Both the position numbers and the translations under genes were made by a program. A stretch of 64,000 nt of DNA from Octopus sinensis (taxonomy: Eukaryota): assembly GCF_006345805.1 (NCBI RefSeq), contig NC_043003.1:5022001-5086000 (forward strand), written 5' to 3'. The notes under the pieces are model-generated. The model did not search any database and had not been told where the DNA came from. It saw nothing but the letters and a program-made list of their open reading frames with translations. Shown piece by piece: positions 27,023-39,639 of this stretch (position 1 is the stretch's first letter; the number at the start of each line of letters is the position of its first letter).

Positions 27023-27774
27023 TAAACACATTTATTCATATGCTTTTGCACAAAAATAAGTAAACGCTTATATCACGCGTGCCTATGTCTAAGGAACAAT
27101 TACACGTGTCTCAATTCTAATTCTATATTGAATGAAACATGGTGTGTGTGAGAGAGAGAGATACCAATTAGAACAGGTTTTCTCTCAATTCCGATAAATG
27201 TATCCTATTCTCTGTTATTTGAATGCCATGAACCAGTTCAAATATACTTAAAGATTCTTCCCACCATTAAATAAACATTTCTTGAAAACTCTGTGTGAGT
27301 GTCTTATTTTCCAAACAATGGAACCAGCAGTTCATTATTCTGAACCGTTTCATTGGTCTTACTTTTGAAATTATTAAATATGACAAACTCTATGAAGAAA
27401 ATATAATACATAACTTATAGGCAACATTGAATTTCTGGAGACATTCCATTGATTTCGTGAAAGAGTTACGTGTCCGTCTTGTAATGCTACATAAGGATCA
27501 ATATTTTGTTTAATTAATTAAATAATTACAATATCATTGATTGCGTTTTGGGTTTGTTGAATTATGGCTTCATGAAATATATTCACAGAAACATTTTTGT
27601 AAAATAGCGTTTTATTTCAGCGTAATTATTTTCCTAATTAATTAAACAATGTCCGTATGTACTGGTGACACACTCTAACTATAGTGTAACTATGAATAGT
27701 GATGTATTGGATAATAAAGCAATTATCGTAAACGCCCTTTAATTTAAGTGTGTGACACGAATTTGATACGTGAC

Positions 27775-28265
27775 GTAGGCGTGGCTGTGTAGTAATAAAT
27801 TTGCCTCCTAATGACATGGTTCTAGGTTCAGTCCCGTTGCATGGTACCTCGGGCAAGTGTCTCCTATTATAGCCTTGGGTTGACCAACGCCTTGTGAGTG
27901 GATTTGGTAGACGGAGATTGATAGAAACTTGTCGTATATATTTCATATCTTATTTGTTTCAATCCTTAGTCTGCCGCCATGATGGGGCACCGCTTTGAGT
28001 CGTATATGTATGTATGTATGTGTGTGTATGTGTGTGTGTGTGTGCGTGCGTGCGTGTTTATATCTGCATGTCCCTTACCAACACGTGACAACTGGTGTTT
28101 GTCTAATTATATCCCTGTCCCTTAGCAGTTCAGTAATCGTGACCGATAGAATAATTACCAGGTTTAAAAAAAAAACAAGACTAAGACACGTTCGACAAAA
28201 TTTCTTGAAGGCGGTGCTCCAGCATGGCCGCAGTCTAATGACTGAAACAAGTAAGAGGACGAAAG
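27775..28265 (+). mobile_element. SINE family B, interrupted at ~27945-27998
   Basis: gtggctgtgtagtaa head, cctcgggcaagtgtc, tail cagcatggccgcagtctaatgactgaaacaagtaa. Confidence 0.8.
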
Positions 28266-28916
28266 ATAATTGGGTTTCCGATTCTCAAAGTAACCGTATA
28301 ATGTTTAGTCTCGGTTGAATGGTCAGTGGATAACCTGAAGAATATAAAAATGGTAATTTATGCAAGGAGTATGCTGAGGCAAACACGTGACACTCTAATA
28401 TTCATTTTATACTATGTAGTGATACAGGCGTTGGGGCCATTTCTGTACAAGATGGTAACTATATACCAAATTTAAACCCAAGGTAAGAGCCTGTTTGTGG
28501 TTTGCCGATCTGTTCGAAATAATATATAAGCATTCTCGGAGCGCAGACTATAGTCTTTAGTGAAGAGGAAGGACCTTTCTGATAATGAGGTGATACGTAT
28601 GCAAAAACAAGGGATATTCAGAAGAGGAAAGCATTTAATTTTTTTTCCTTTTCGTAAGAGCTGGTGTGGGGTTAGGAAATTACTCGAAACCGGATCTGAA
28701 TCCCGCCATGGTTAATTTAAAATAACTACCATCAAAGCACGTGTTATAGAGATTTATTCTTCATTTAAAGCTAAAGTACTTCCGTCGAAGTCGATTTAAA
28801 ACGTAAATCACGTGGTTACTCTGATTGCTAAAAATAACAGTCAAATCTCCTTCAAATGGCATTAGTCTGCTCCCCGATCATTTTTCAAAACAAGGAAGGA
28901 TATATTTTTATTATAT

Positions 28917-29244
28917 TATTACCTCCGCCTTAGTGAAGGTGGAGGTGTTGTTTTCAGTCGTATTTGTTTGCTTGTTTGTTTGTCCGTGGACAAGATATCT
29001 CAAGAACCGTTCGATGGATTCGGATGAAACTTTCAGAGATGGTTGACCTCGTCACTGACACGAAATTATTATATTTTCGGATCGGTACGGTTCTTATGTT
29101 TTGGATTCATTTTTAGTGTTCCCGTTTGTGAGGGCAGTCGAGTTTATTTCAGATATACTCATTTTAAAAATCATCTCCGGCTAATCATTGAGAGGACATT
29201 GGTGTTGCCTTAGCGGAGGTTTGCGCTCTCTGAGTGCTCTTGTT
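28917..29244 (+). mobile_element. Non-autonomous Helentron-type element (HINE/DINE-like)
   Basis: Subterminal inverted repeat acctccgc (28921) / gcggaggt (29213), 5' hairpin, (TTTG)n microsatellite, 3' hairpin gcgctc-tct-gagtgc, T-rich ends. Confidence 0.75.
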
Positions 29245-29965
29245 GCAATTAAATTATGTATGAAGTGGCCTGATGATCGTGACTAATTATTCTATCGTAG
29301 GCCTACAAAAATTAACACCGACATGGAGGGGGATGCTAACAAACACCAAATAAGGACATACGGGAAAATGTTGTCTAAGATCAATTACATATGCAGAGAG
29401 ATGTTCATGGATGGAATACATTAAAGTATAGTTCTGATGGATTGGGGGACAATCGGGCATTAACTAACAACAAGCATATCATTAGATGTACGGCTAAAAT
29501 ATGTTGAAATTCGGAAACATATGTGTGTGTGTGTGTGTGTGTGTGTGCGAATGCTTGTGTGTGTGTGAGTGTATGACTATGTGTATCTTTTATCTTTTAC
29601 TTCAGTCATTCAACTACGGCCATGCAGGGGCACTTTTCAAGTGGTGTGGGGAACGTCTTGATCAAACAGCCATTCTTGTAACTATGCACACACACACACG
29701 GATATGGAGAAATAGATAAATGTATACACACACACATATACATATATATATATATGCATATATATATACATACATACATATATTGGTATTTTTTTATAAG
29801 CTCAAAGTGATCACCGCGCAACAACTAAAGAAAATAGTCTACTAATGGAACGTATAACACCCCCCACCCCGACAGAACAAAGTAGGTTTCCCCGTACGCG
29901 AGGAACTCGATCCCCCACCTCTTTGTTTACGCGACCAAGTTTGTTACCGATAAGACCAGCATGTA

Positions 29966-29999
<34 letters not shown>

Positions 30000-31060
30000 A
30001 AACTACAAAGTGGGACAAGAACGCAAAGCATTCAAATAGACGATACAAAAAACAGAGACGGGTCATTCGAAGCCTTTAATCTTCAATCAAGAACCGGATC
30101 ATTCTCTCATTTTCGGCTGATTAATCGTGAGATTGCTCCAATCTGGCCAGTCCCAAGGAAAAACTAAGCTAAGAGCATTAGATTCTTCGGGAAAAGGATC
30201 GAATGTATACGAAACAAGGACAGAAAAACGGACGATGTTACACGAATATAAATACAAAAAAAAAAAAAAAATAATACGAACATAAATACAAAAAAAAACA
30301 ATAATAATAATAATAATAACAGGATATAACAACAAGCGTCTTTCGACCAGAGACGAATTGAACTCAACTGGCGTATTGAGTGAGAATTAAGTCTTACGGC
30401 AGACGAAAACAGGGTTGTTACCGTGCCCGTTTTTCCGATACATACACACACGCATACACATATCGTTGTGTAATCATTAGCAAAGTCAGTTATATAATTC
30501 ATTAAAGAAACTTTAAACGTCGTTGGTTTTATTTTTTGCTTGGCAATAATTACAATACAAAAATAGATTTGATAACTTACATAAATTATGGAGTCTATCT
30601 TTATTACAGTTTAATAGAGCTTCCTTTAATTTTTAATTTATTATAATTTCTTACCAAAACCAAATAAACAAAGCGAAAAAAATCTCTGAATAATTGATTT
30701 CAAAAATTTAATTTAATTCTAAATTATCTTTTTTAGCTCTGTATCAAACGCCGTCTCTCCTTGTTTGTGTATTTGTATATACTAGAGTGTGGGTGTTAAT
30801 GTCTATATGTTAATTTTTAGCGGTATGTTTATTTATAATTATGTCTATCTACCTATCTATCCATTTATCCATCTAAACGTCTGTCTATCTGTCTCTCTCT
30901 ATATATATACTATTGTATCTGGGGAGAATCATTCAGTTTTAATGCCTTATTAATCAACACACTCACCGGTTCGATTTCCACTCATTTACTTTTTTTCTAA
31001 AATTTTCGATGCTTCTCGAAATCTCTTTAATAGCCTGTTATCATATGTATATATATATAT

Positions 31061-34000
31061 GGGAGAGAAGGGTTTACGAATCCAAGATGGACAGATAATG
31101 AAGTCCTACCTCTGGTCCCATGCTGTAGTGCTGACAGGGAAAGTGATGTGAGGGCAGATCGAAGTGAAGTTGATACCCCCGTCAACGATGCTATCTCTGA
31201 TACCCCTTATTCTGCTTGTTCCCCAACTCCCGCCCCTCAGACTTCACAGCTCAGCATCGTCTACACCAACTCGTGCTCCTTATTCCCAAAGTTCAGTGAA
31301 CTATTTACACTGGCCATACGTGACTCCCCTGATGTGATAGCTATCACCGAGACTTGGCTGACTCCAGCAGTAAAGGACTCAGAAATCCACCTGCAGGGCT
31401 ACGTCCTTTTCAGATGTGACAGAGGAAAAAGGCGAGGTGGAGGTGTTGCTGTGTATGTTAAGTCTGAGCACAAACCGTCCAGCGGTATTCTACCCACTAA
31501 TGCTCAACCTACAACAAAATTCGATGCCGTCTATTGCAAGCTGAGCCTATCTGAGTTTTGCCTGCCTGTGTTGGCTGTCTACAGGCCGCCTCTTGCCGAC
31601 CCCCAGGACGATGCTCATTTACTCGAAGCGATAAGATTCGTTTCAGCTTCGCATGACTGTTTGGTACTAGGAGACTTCAACGCTCCCACGATCGATTGGC
31701 CCGCATCAATTTGTACAACATCTTCCCGTTTCGGCCAGGCCCTTCTTGACGTGGCTGAAGATTGTTTTCTATCGCAACATGTTGAATATCCGACAAGGCA
31801 TCGGTCTGGGCAGCAGCCATCTATGCTAGATCTGGTATTCTCCCGCTATCCAAGATCAGTGTCAGACGTATCTGTGTGCGCCCCTCTTGCCAAGAGTGAT
31901 CATGCGGTCCTGAACTTTTTCTACGCCCACGACTACTTCGCTGCCACGTAGAGTCTTCTCTGCAATTAATCTTGAAATTCTAACCGAGGCTTCCGCGCTT
32001 CTGGACTGGCGATCCCTGATGACGTTGTCCTCTGTTGACGAACTATGGTCATCCCTCAAAGCATATGTAATCTGTTTGACTGACCAGGCAGTTCCCGTTG
32101 GGCTTCCCAAGAAGAAGAAACACAAGCCCTGGGTGACGAAGAAGGTTAAACAAGAACGTCGACTCAGAGATATTGCTTGGGATGAATTCAAAAATCTGGA
32201 TTCGACTGCAGCTTTTGAGGTGTACAAAACTCAACGAGACCGAGCCGTGAAAATTGAAAAGAAAGAACGCTTCAGTTATGAATACAAAATCGCGGCAAAT
32301 GCCAGTAGCAATCCAAAAACCTTCTTTGCCCATGTCCAGCGGAATTCCCGCTTGAACAACCAGATTGCAACGTTGGTAGACTCAACAGGTGTATCGATTG
32401 AGGACCCTTATCAACAGAGTCAATTATTTGCCGAGGCTTTTTCAACTATTTTCAAACAAGATGATGGTCGTGAACCCCCTCCATTTGATAGATCGGTACC
32501 TCCAATGCTTCGATTGGTCATCACGCGGGACGAAGTCAAACGTGTTATTCAAGGCCTCGATGTCAACAAGGGTCACGGCCCTGACGGCGTACACCCACGG
32601 GTTATCAAAGCGTTGGCTCCGGTCATCTGCGAGTCCTTAACGCGACTATTCAATATGACATTGGCGACGGGTGTTATACCTGCAGACTGGAGAACAGCGA
32701 TAATCTGCCCAATTTTCAAGAAAGGGAGCCGCGAAGACCCGCTTAACTACCGACCGGTTTCCCTTACATCAATAATCAGCAAGATGTTCGAAACCATCCT
32801 TAAGAAAAGTATGATGTTCCACCTCCTAAACACAGCCTCTATCTCTGATTCCCAACACGGCTTCGTGCCGAAGAGATCATGCTTGACCAACTTACTAGTA
32901 ATGGAAGAATTGGTGACGCGCATCCTCGATGATAGAGATGCTGCTGACATCGTTTTATTGGACTTTGCCAAAGCTTTTGACTCGGTAAACCACCGCCTAT
33001 TACTTGTCAAGCTTCAAGCATATAGTTTCCATCCGGATATTATACGATGGGTTGGTGCCTTCCTCTCAGATCGCCCTTCCAAGTCCAAGTTAATGGTTCG
33101 CTGTCCGACGTCTCCAGTGCGAGCAGTGGCGTGCCTCAAGGTTCAGTGCTTGGGCCCTTGTTGTTCTTAGTCTTCATAAATGACTTGCCCGACGACCTCA
33201 CGCAACACACCCTTCTATTTGCGACGATATCAAACTGGTCGCTCCTCGCGGTAATATAGAGGATCTTCGTCGATGCCTCCACCAAATTTGGAAGTGGTCT
33301 AACGATTGGGACCTGTGTCTGAACGTGTCAAAGTGCTGTCATCTGCCTGTCGGCTCTACTCCTGCAACTCAACTTGATTTCGAGCCGGGTCGTCTGCTGC
33401 TGGAGAGGACCGATCAGGTAAAGGACCTGGGTATCTTGGTGGATTCCTCCTTTTCGCCTTCGGCCCAGTGCGTCCATGCTGCCAACAAAGCACGCGGGAT
33501 TCTGTTCTTGATTCGACGGTCATTCGGAATGCTCACAGCAGCCATATTCCTACCACTCTATGTTACGCTGGTGAGACCCATATTGGAGTATGGGATTCAA
33601 GCCTCTTCTCCTTATCTCCTCAAAGACATACAGCATCTCGAAAGAGTCCAGAAGCTGGCTACCCGCATGGTACATGGTCTCAAAAATTTGTCCTACGAAG
33701 AAAGGCTGAGGACGCTCGACCTTTATTCTCTTGAAAAACGCCGCCGCCGTGGTGATCTCATTCTCGCCCACAACATCATAAGCGGAAAGTGTAACCTCTC
33801 GAAAGAGCTGTTCTTCACTTCTGCTCCAGAGCGTCGGCTGCGGGGTCATTCCGAAAAGCTCTACCTGCGACGATTTCATCTCAATCGAAGGAGAGGGGCT
33901 TTCTCCGTCCGGGTTGCGGATCCGTGGAACAAGCTGCCAGACGAGATGGTGAAGATGCCGACGACCGCTTTGTTCAAAGCCTCCCTGAACCTCAAGTGGC

Positions 34001-34097
34001 CTGAACTCTTTACATGAACACCACCCTGTACTTAACTCCATGTCCCCCTACATGGCCTTGCTATTTGCTTTTGAGCCAAATTAACTAACTAACTAAC
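31061..34097 (+). mobile_element. CR1-clade LINE, 5'-truncated in ORF1, near-complete ORF2, (TAAC)n tail
   Basis: Sharp GC-rich block between (TA)n runs; EN and RT motifs; tail ttaactaactaactaac. Confidence 0.95.
31148..34017 (+). pseudogene. LINE ORF2 (AP endonuclease + reverse transcriptase) with three 1-nt frameshifts
   Basis: ITETWL, GGGVAVYV, GDFN, SDH; NYRPVSLTS, QHGF, DFAKAFDSV, GVPQGSVLGP, LFA[D]D, KDLGI, RRRGDLI, WNKLP; shifts at ~31918, ~33074 and ~33222. Confidence 0.95.
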
Positions 34098-34109
34098 ATA
34101 TATATATAT

Positions 34110-34228
34110 ATATGAGTAAATACGTGTGTAAATCAATAAGTAAATGGATGTATTTCTACAAATATATATGAATGTATATACTTATGTATATGAATATATT
34201 TATATACATACATACACATCTATCTATG

Positions 34229-34281
<53 letters not shown>

Positions 34282-34327
34282 CTGTGCGTATATTATATAT
34301 ATATATATAGAGAGAGAGGAGAGATAG

Positions 34328-34377
<50 letters not shown>

Positions 34378-34585
34378 TAGATAGATGTACTTATATTCAT
34401 TTATATTCACGTGAACGCATGTTAAGTATTTGTTTGAGTATATATATATATATATAATATATATATATATGAGTAAATACGTGTGTAAATCAATAAGTAA
34501 ATGGATGTATTTCTACAAATATATATGAATGTATATACTTATGTATATGAATATATTTATATACATACATACACATCTATCTATG

Positions 34586-34634
<49 letters not shown>

Positions 34635-34641
34635 CTGTGCG

Positions 34642-34733
<92 letters not shown>

Positions 34734-34793
34734 TAGATAGATGTACTTATATTCATTTATATTCACGTGAACGCATGTTAAGTATTTGTTTGA

Positions 34794-34800
<7 letters not shown>
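34110..34800. repeat. Tandem duplication, ~357-bp period
   Basis: atgagtaaatacgtgtgtaaatcaataag...ttaagtatttgtttgagta at ~34112 and ~34469, differing only in microsatellite length. Confidence 0.95.
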
Positions 34801-34835
<35 letters not shown>

Positions 34836-35811
34836 CGCAATTTAATCGCTCCATTCACAAATATCTATCATTCATATAATAATTACTACATAAAATTATG
34901 ATTGGCTTACGTTGTACACGTCACGAATTTCATGAGATGGAGCTTCATCTTTGCTTCAATAACGAAGCATCTATTGATGCATATGCCCATGTTTAGTAAC
35001 AATATAAACGGTTTCAATTTGAGCTTTTGGATGTGAGTAAAAAGATGCAATGTGCAGGCTACACTGATAGTTAAACTAATAGCTTTGAAGCTAAACTCAA
35101 TTCCGGTGTTAAGGGTGTTAAGAAACCATAGAAACATAGACTCTAGCAAGTGTCACAAACGCCAAATCAGTTTTTAACAAATGACATTGTCTACTGCAGC
35201 TATCACTCTAACAGATCTCCTTCTAACAATATACATAATGAGGTCTTAATGCTTGACTATGTGCGAATTACAATGTCTCGGTAAATGTATGCATTAATCA
35301 CTCTTAAACACACTAGGCTAGCCCTAGACATCACGTGTAGGCGACCTGATTCTGCTAATAGCAGGATGGACTGATTTGTAAATAATTCTTATATACATTA
35401 ATAATAACTTTTAGAATACAGCTAACCTCAGCTAATGCAGCAGTATCAACATAGCAATTTGTTTGTATAAAATACCAATAATAGACAGAAGTACAAAATC
35501 AGCCATTTGGATAAATTGGACATTTATCTTGTTATTCCAAAATATGTTTCGTGTTGTCAATTTTTATATTTCTATATTGTTACCAGTTCTTGTCATTCCT
35601 TGTCATTTTCTTACTTCGCTGTTGTTATCGAATCTTATATCTTTATCTCGTTAGCATTTGTCAGCAAGGCAACAGATTCTGACAGACAGTGGGCGATAAA
35701 ATAGAGAAATTGTCACACAAGTCAAGTAAACTTACTATTCTGCAAAACATCGCTGGGTTAAAAAAAAAAAATAGACGACACTCTGGGTTCGTTTAATATT
35801 AACACGTGCTA

Positions 35812-36612
35812 AGGCAGCTAGCTAACAGAAACATTAGCACGCCGGGTGAAATGCCTAGCGATATTTCGTCTTTCTTTTCGTTCTGAGTTCCAATTCTGCC
35901 AAGGTCGACTTAACCTTTCATCTTTTCGGGGTCGATTAAATAAGTACCAGTTACGCACTGGGGTGGATGTAATCGACTTAATCCCATTGTCTGTCCTTGT
36001 TTGTCCCCTCTATGTTTAGCCCCTTGTGGGTAGTAAAGAAATAGGTATTTCGTCTGCCGCTACGTTCTGAGTTCAAATTCCGCCGAGGTCGACTTTGCCT
36101 TTCATCCTTTCGGGGTGTATTAAATAAGTACCAGTTACGCACTGGGGTCGATGTAATCGACTTAATCCCTTTGTCTGTCCTTGTTTGTCCCCTCTATGTT
36201 TAGCACCTTGCGGGTAGTAAAGAATTAGGTATTTCGCCTGCCGTTACGTTCTGAGTTCAAATTCCAGCGAGGTCGACTTAGCATTTCATCCTTTCAGGGT
36301 CGATTAAATAAGTACCAGTTACGCACTGGGGTGGGTATAATCGACTTAATCCCTTTGTCTGTCCTTGTTTATCCCCTCTATGTTTAGCACCTTGTGGGCA
36401 GTAAAGAAATAAGAAACGTTAGCACATCGGGCGAAATGCTGAGCGGTATTTCGTCTGTCTTTATGTCCCGAGTTCAAATTCCGCCGAGGTGGACTTTGCA
36501 TTTCATCCTTTCAGGGTCGATAAATTAAGTACCAGTTGCGTACTGGAGTCGATCTAATCAACTGGCCCCCTCCCCCAAAATTTCGGGCCTTGTGCGACAA
36601 TGGAATAGAATA
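35812..36612 (+). mobile_element. Head-to-tail concatemer of four SINE family A units
   Basis: Units restart at ggtatttcg (36044, 36228; 184-bp period); the last unit has the alternative tail ccccaaaatttcgggccttgtg. Confidence 0.9.
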
Positions 36613-36975
36613 TTAACACATGATGATAGTGCAACATAGGCCTATATGGTCTGATCTCCGTGAACATGACTGATAGATTAAAAACTGATCTCACTACTCT
36701 TGATGACAGACCAGAGATGACAGGTTAGAAATATCATAGAACGTAAGCATCTGGATTTACCGACAAATCTGGGAGATCACATCCACTTGCCTCTCAATAT
36801 GTATTTAGCATTGTGGAATATCTGTATATACAGTGTATATATATATATAATGAACAATTAAATTACACCATCTAAAAAATTACATATAATGGAAATATTA
36901 AAAATAAAATAACAATAATATACCGAAGATTAAGTAAATTGCAAAAAAATAATAAAACTTATATAGTTGGTAGAA

Positions 36976-37086
36976 TAACGACACGTGTTTCGTGGCTGTA
37001 TTTAAGACATGATTATAATATAAAAAAATAGTAGTAATAGTAAAATCACTTCGATATATATATAGATATAGCCACTGATCAGGTTA
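36976..37086 (-). ncRNA. Type I hammerhead ribozyme motif, G8C variant, long stem II loop
   Basis: Minus: taac-CTGATCA-GTGGCT(~70 nt AT-rich)AGCCAC-GAAA-CACGT-GTC-gtta. Confidence 0.7.
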
Positions 37087-37155
37087 AAAATAAACTAGAA
37101 TAATAAAATAATTAATTAATAAATATACGTAAAAAATCTTTTAAAATATATATTC

Positions 37156-37248
<93 letters not shown>

Positions 37249-37255
37249 CATATAT

Positions 37256-38195
37256 CTACTGTCATCACCCATACGAGTGCCGGTCGAGAAGGGAGTGAAG
37301 CAAGGAGATACAATCTCCCCAAAACCTTTCACTGCATGTCTCGAACAGATCATCAGAGGCATCGAATGGAAAGGTGGTGTCAACATCAATGGCGAGCTCC
37401 TCACTCACCTCCGTTTCGCTGACGACATTGTACTCATCGCTGAAAACATAGATCAGCTTCAGACCATGCTGACGGAGCTCAACATCAAAAGTTCTGCAGT
37501 AGGTCTCAAGATGAACCGCATGAAAACAAAGTTCATGCGGTCGGACAACGTACCAACAGGTCTAATGGTGATCGGCAGTGATGAAATAGGGGAGGTGAGA
37601 GAATATGTCTACCTGGGACAGGAAGTAAATATGTGCCGGGATATCAAAAAGGAGATCTCACGGAGAGTAAGGGCCGGATGGAAGGGGTTCAATGGCATAA
37701 GGGATGTGCTCAAGGGAAGGTTGGACAGGACCACCCACGCCAACCTCATTAACAGTGCAGTTCTGCCTGCAATGGTAGTGAAACATGGGCTACCACAAAG
37801 AGAGAAGAGCAAAGACTGATAACGGCTCAAAGAGCCATGGAAAGGTCAATGCTTGGTATCTCGTTGAGAGAGCACATAAGTAGCAAGATCATCAGAAAGA
37901 AATCCGGCGTGAGAGATGTCATCGCAGAGTATACTCGCAGCAAGTATAGATGGGCTGGACACGTCGCCCGGCTCACCGATAATCGGTGGATGCACGCTGT
38001 TGTCGAGTGGTACCCGCGTGAGCGGAAAAGACCACCCGGAAGACCTCCACGACGGTGGAGTGACGATTTCAAGAGGACGATTGGGATCACGTGGATGAGA
38101 AAGGCGCGATCCAGAGAGGAGTGGACAGCGTGCTGTGACCAGCGGTGTCAAATGGACGCCTGACGGACTGGTGGGTCAAAGTGAAGTCAAAGTGA
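37256..38195 (+). mobile_element. 5'-truncated RTE-clade LINE (RT C-terminal half)
   Basis: KGVKQGDTISP, HLRFADDIVL, GLKMN..KTK, YVYLGQ, frameshift at ~37775 (YGSETW region), RWAGHVAR, RPPGRPPRRWSDD, stop at 38163, short caaagtga repeats as tail. Confidence 0.95.
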
Positions 38196-38244
38196 TATAC
38201 ATACATACATACATACATACATACATACATACATACATACATAC

Positions 38245-38372
38245 AACGGTCTTCTTTCAGTTTCCACCTACCGAATCCACTTAGATGGCTTAGGTCGTAC
38301 CGAAACTATAGTAGAAGAGACATACCAAAGGTGCTATATGGAACTGAACCTGGAACCATGTGGTTGGGAAAT
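38245..38372 (-). mobile_element. SINE family B fragment
   Basis: cttctttcagtttcc...gaacctggaaccatgtggttgg. Confidence 0.7.
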
Positions 38373-38649
38373 GTGATGGTAAGAATCCTGACACCCCTGT
38401 GAGAATGGACTAACCGATCTCGTCTAAGCATCAGCGTGTTTGATTGAGAGCGATAGTTGAGAAACTACGGTAAGTCGAAAGGTGTAGTTCGTGAGGTCGT
38501 AGAGTGTAGGGAACATTGTTGACAAGTTGTTATGGTTCGTTGAGCGTGGTTTTGGATTGGTTTCAGTTGTTGGCAGAGTATTTGGGAATACATCAAGCGG
38601 GGAGAGTTGGTGTCTACCTCGTACTGTGTTACGATATATCACATTGTAT

Positions 38650-38862
38650 TACTCTTTTACTCTTTTACTTGTTTCAGTCATTTGACTGCGGCCATGCTGG
38701 AGCACCACCTTTAGTCGAGCAACTCGACCCCGGGACTTATTCTTTGTAAGCCCAGTACTTATTCTATCGGTCTCTTTTGCCGAACCGCTAAGTAACGGGG
38801 ACGTAAACACACACCAGCATCGGTTGTCAAGCAATGCTAGGGGGACAAACACAGACACACAA

Positions 38863-38921
<59 letters not shown>

Positions 38922-39086
38922 TACGACAGGCTTCTTTCAGTTTCCGTCTACCAAATCCACTCACAAGGCATTGGTCGGCCCGGGGCTATAGCAGAAGACA
39001 CTTGCCCAAGATGCCACGCAGTGGGATTGAACCCAGAACCATGTGGTTGGTTAGCAAGCTACCTACCACACAGCCACTCCTGCGCC
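38650..39086 (-). mobile_element. SINE family B, full length (tRNA head, CORE-like domain, internal microsatellite)
   Basis: Minus: ggcgcaggagtggctgtgtggtagg...gggttcaatccc...cttgggcaagtgtctt...(TA)n(TG)n...gactgaaacaagtaaaagagtaaaagagt. Confidence 0.9.
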
Positions 39087-39596
39087 ATTAGTGCGCGAAA
39101 CTATGGTGACATATGCAGAAATCACATTAAAAAGGGAGGCTAGCTTCTTACCACACAACCACACCTGTTAGAAATATTTTTTTTAATATTCTGATTTCCT
39201 GTAGGTTTTTTTTACGTAATATTGCGGATTAACAAACACGACAAACATTCCATTTCAAAAAATGCTATAAATTCTTTACGAATTTCTTTCACAGATTCAA
39301 ACTAGAACGTAAAACGTCAATTTATAACAAAATATAGGTTTGCATAAAGATTATATAACCTGCCTGGCTCCGTTCTTATGTGCTTGTGCGTGTAGGTTAG
39401 TGTGTATATATATGCATGTGGAAGTGTGTGTGAGTGTGTATGTTTTGTGTGTGTGTGCTTCCATGTGGTGGGTTGATTTATGTATAATTACCAGCGACAG
39501 GATTTAGCCCCATACAACGGTTGTTTAATAGAGACGTTTTGTTGCAGAGTATGTAAAATTAATTGAAAACATAAATATATATTCATACATGCATTC

Positions 39597-39639
<43 letters not shown>

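Noticed and set aside
29900-29960. tRNA-like sequence (-)
   Set aside because: No complete cloverleaf; at best a decayed SINE head. No true tRNA or rRNA genes were seen
30000-30430. Penelope-like non-coding repeat with possible ribozyme remnants
   Set aside because: Probably a repeat, but no complete hammerhead could be folded and boundaries are unclear
31862-34041. Antisense ORFs within the CR1 element
   Set aside because: Shadow frames of ORF2
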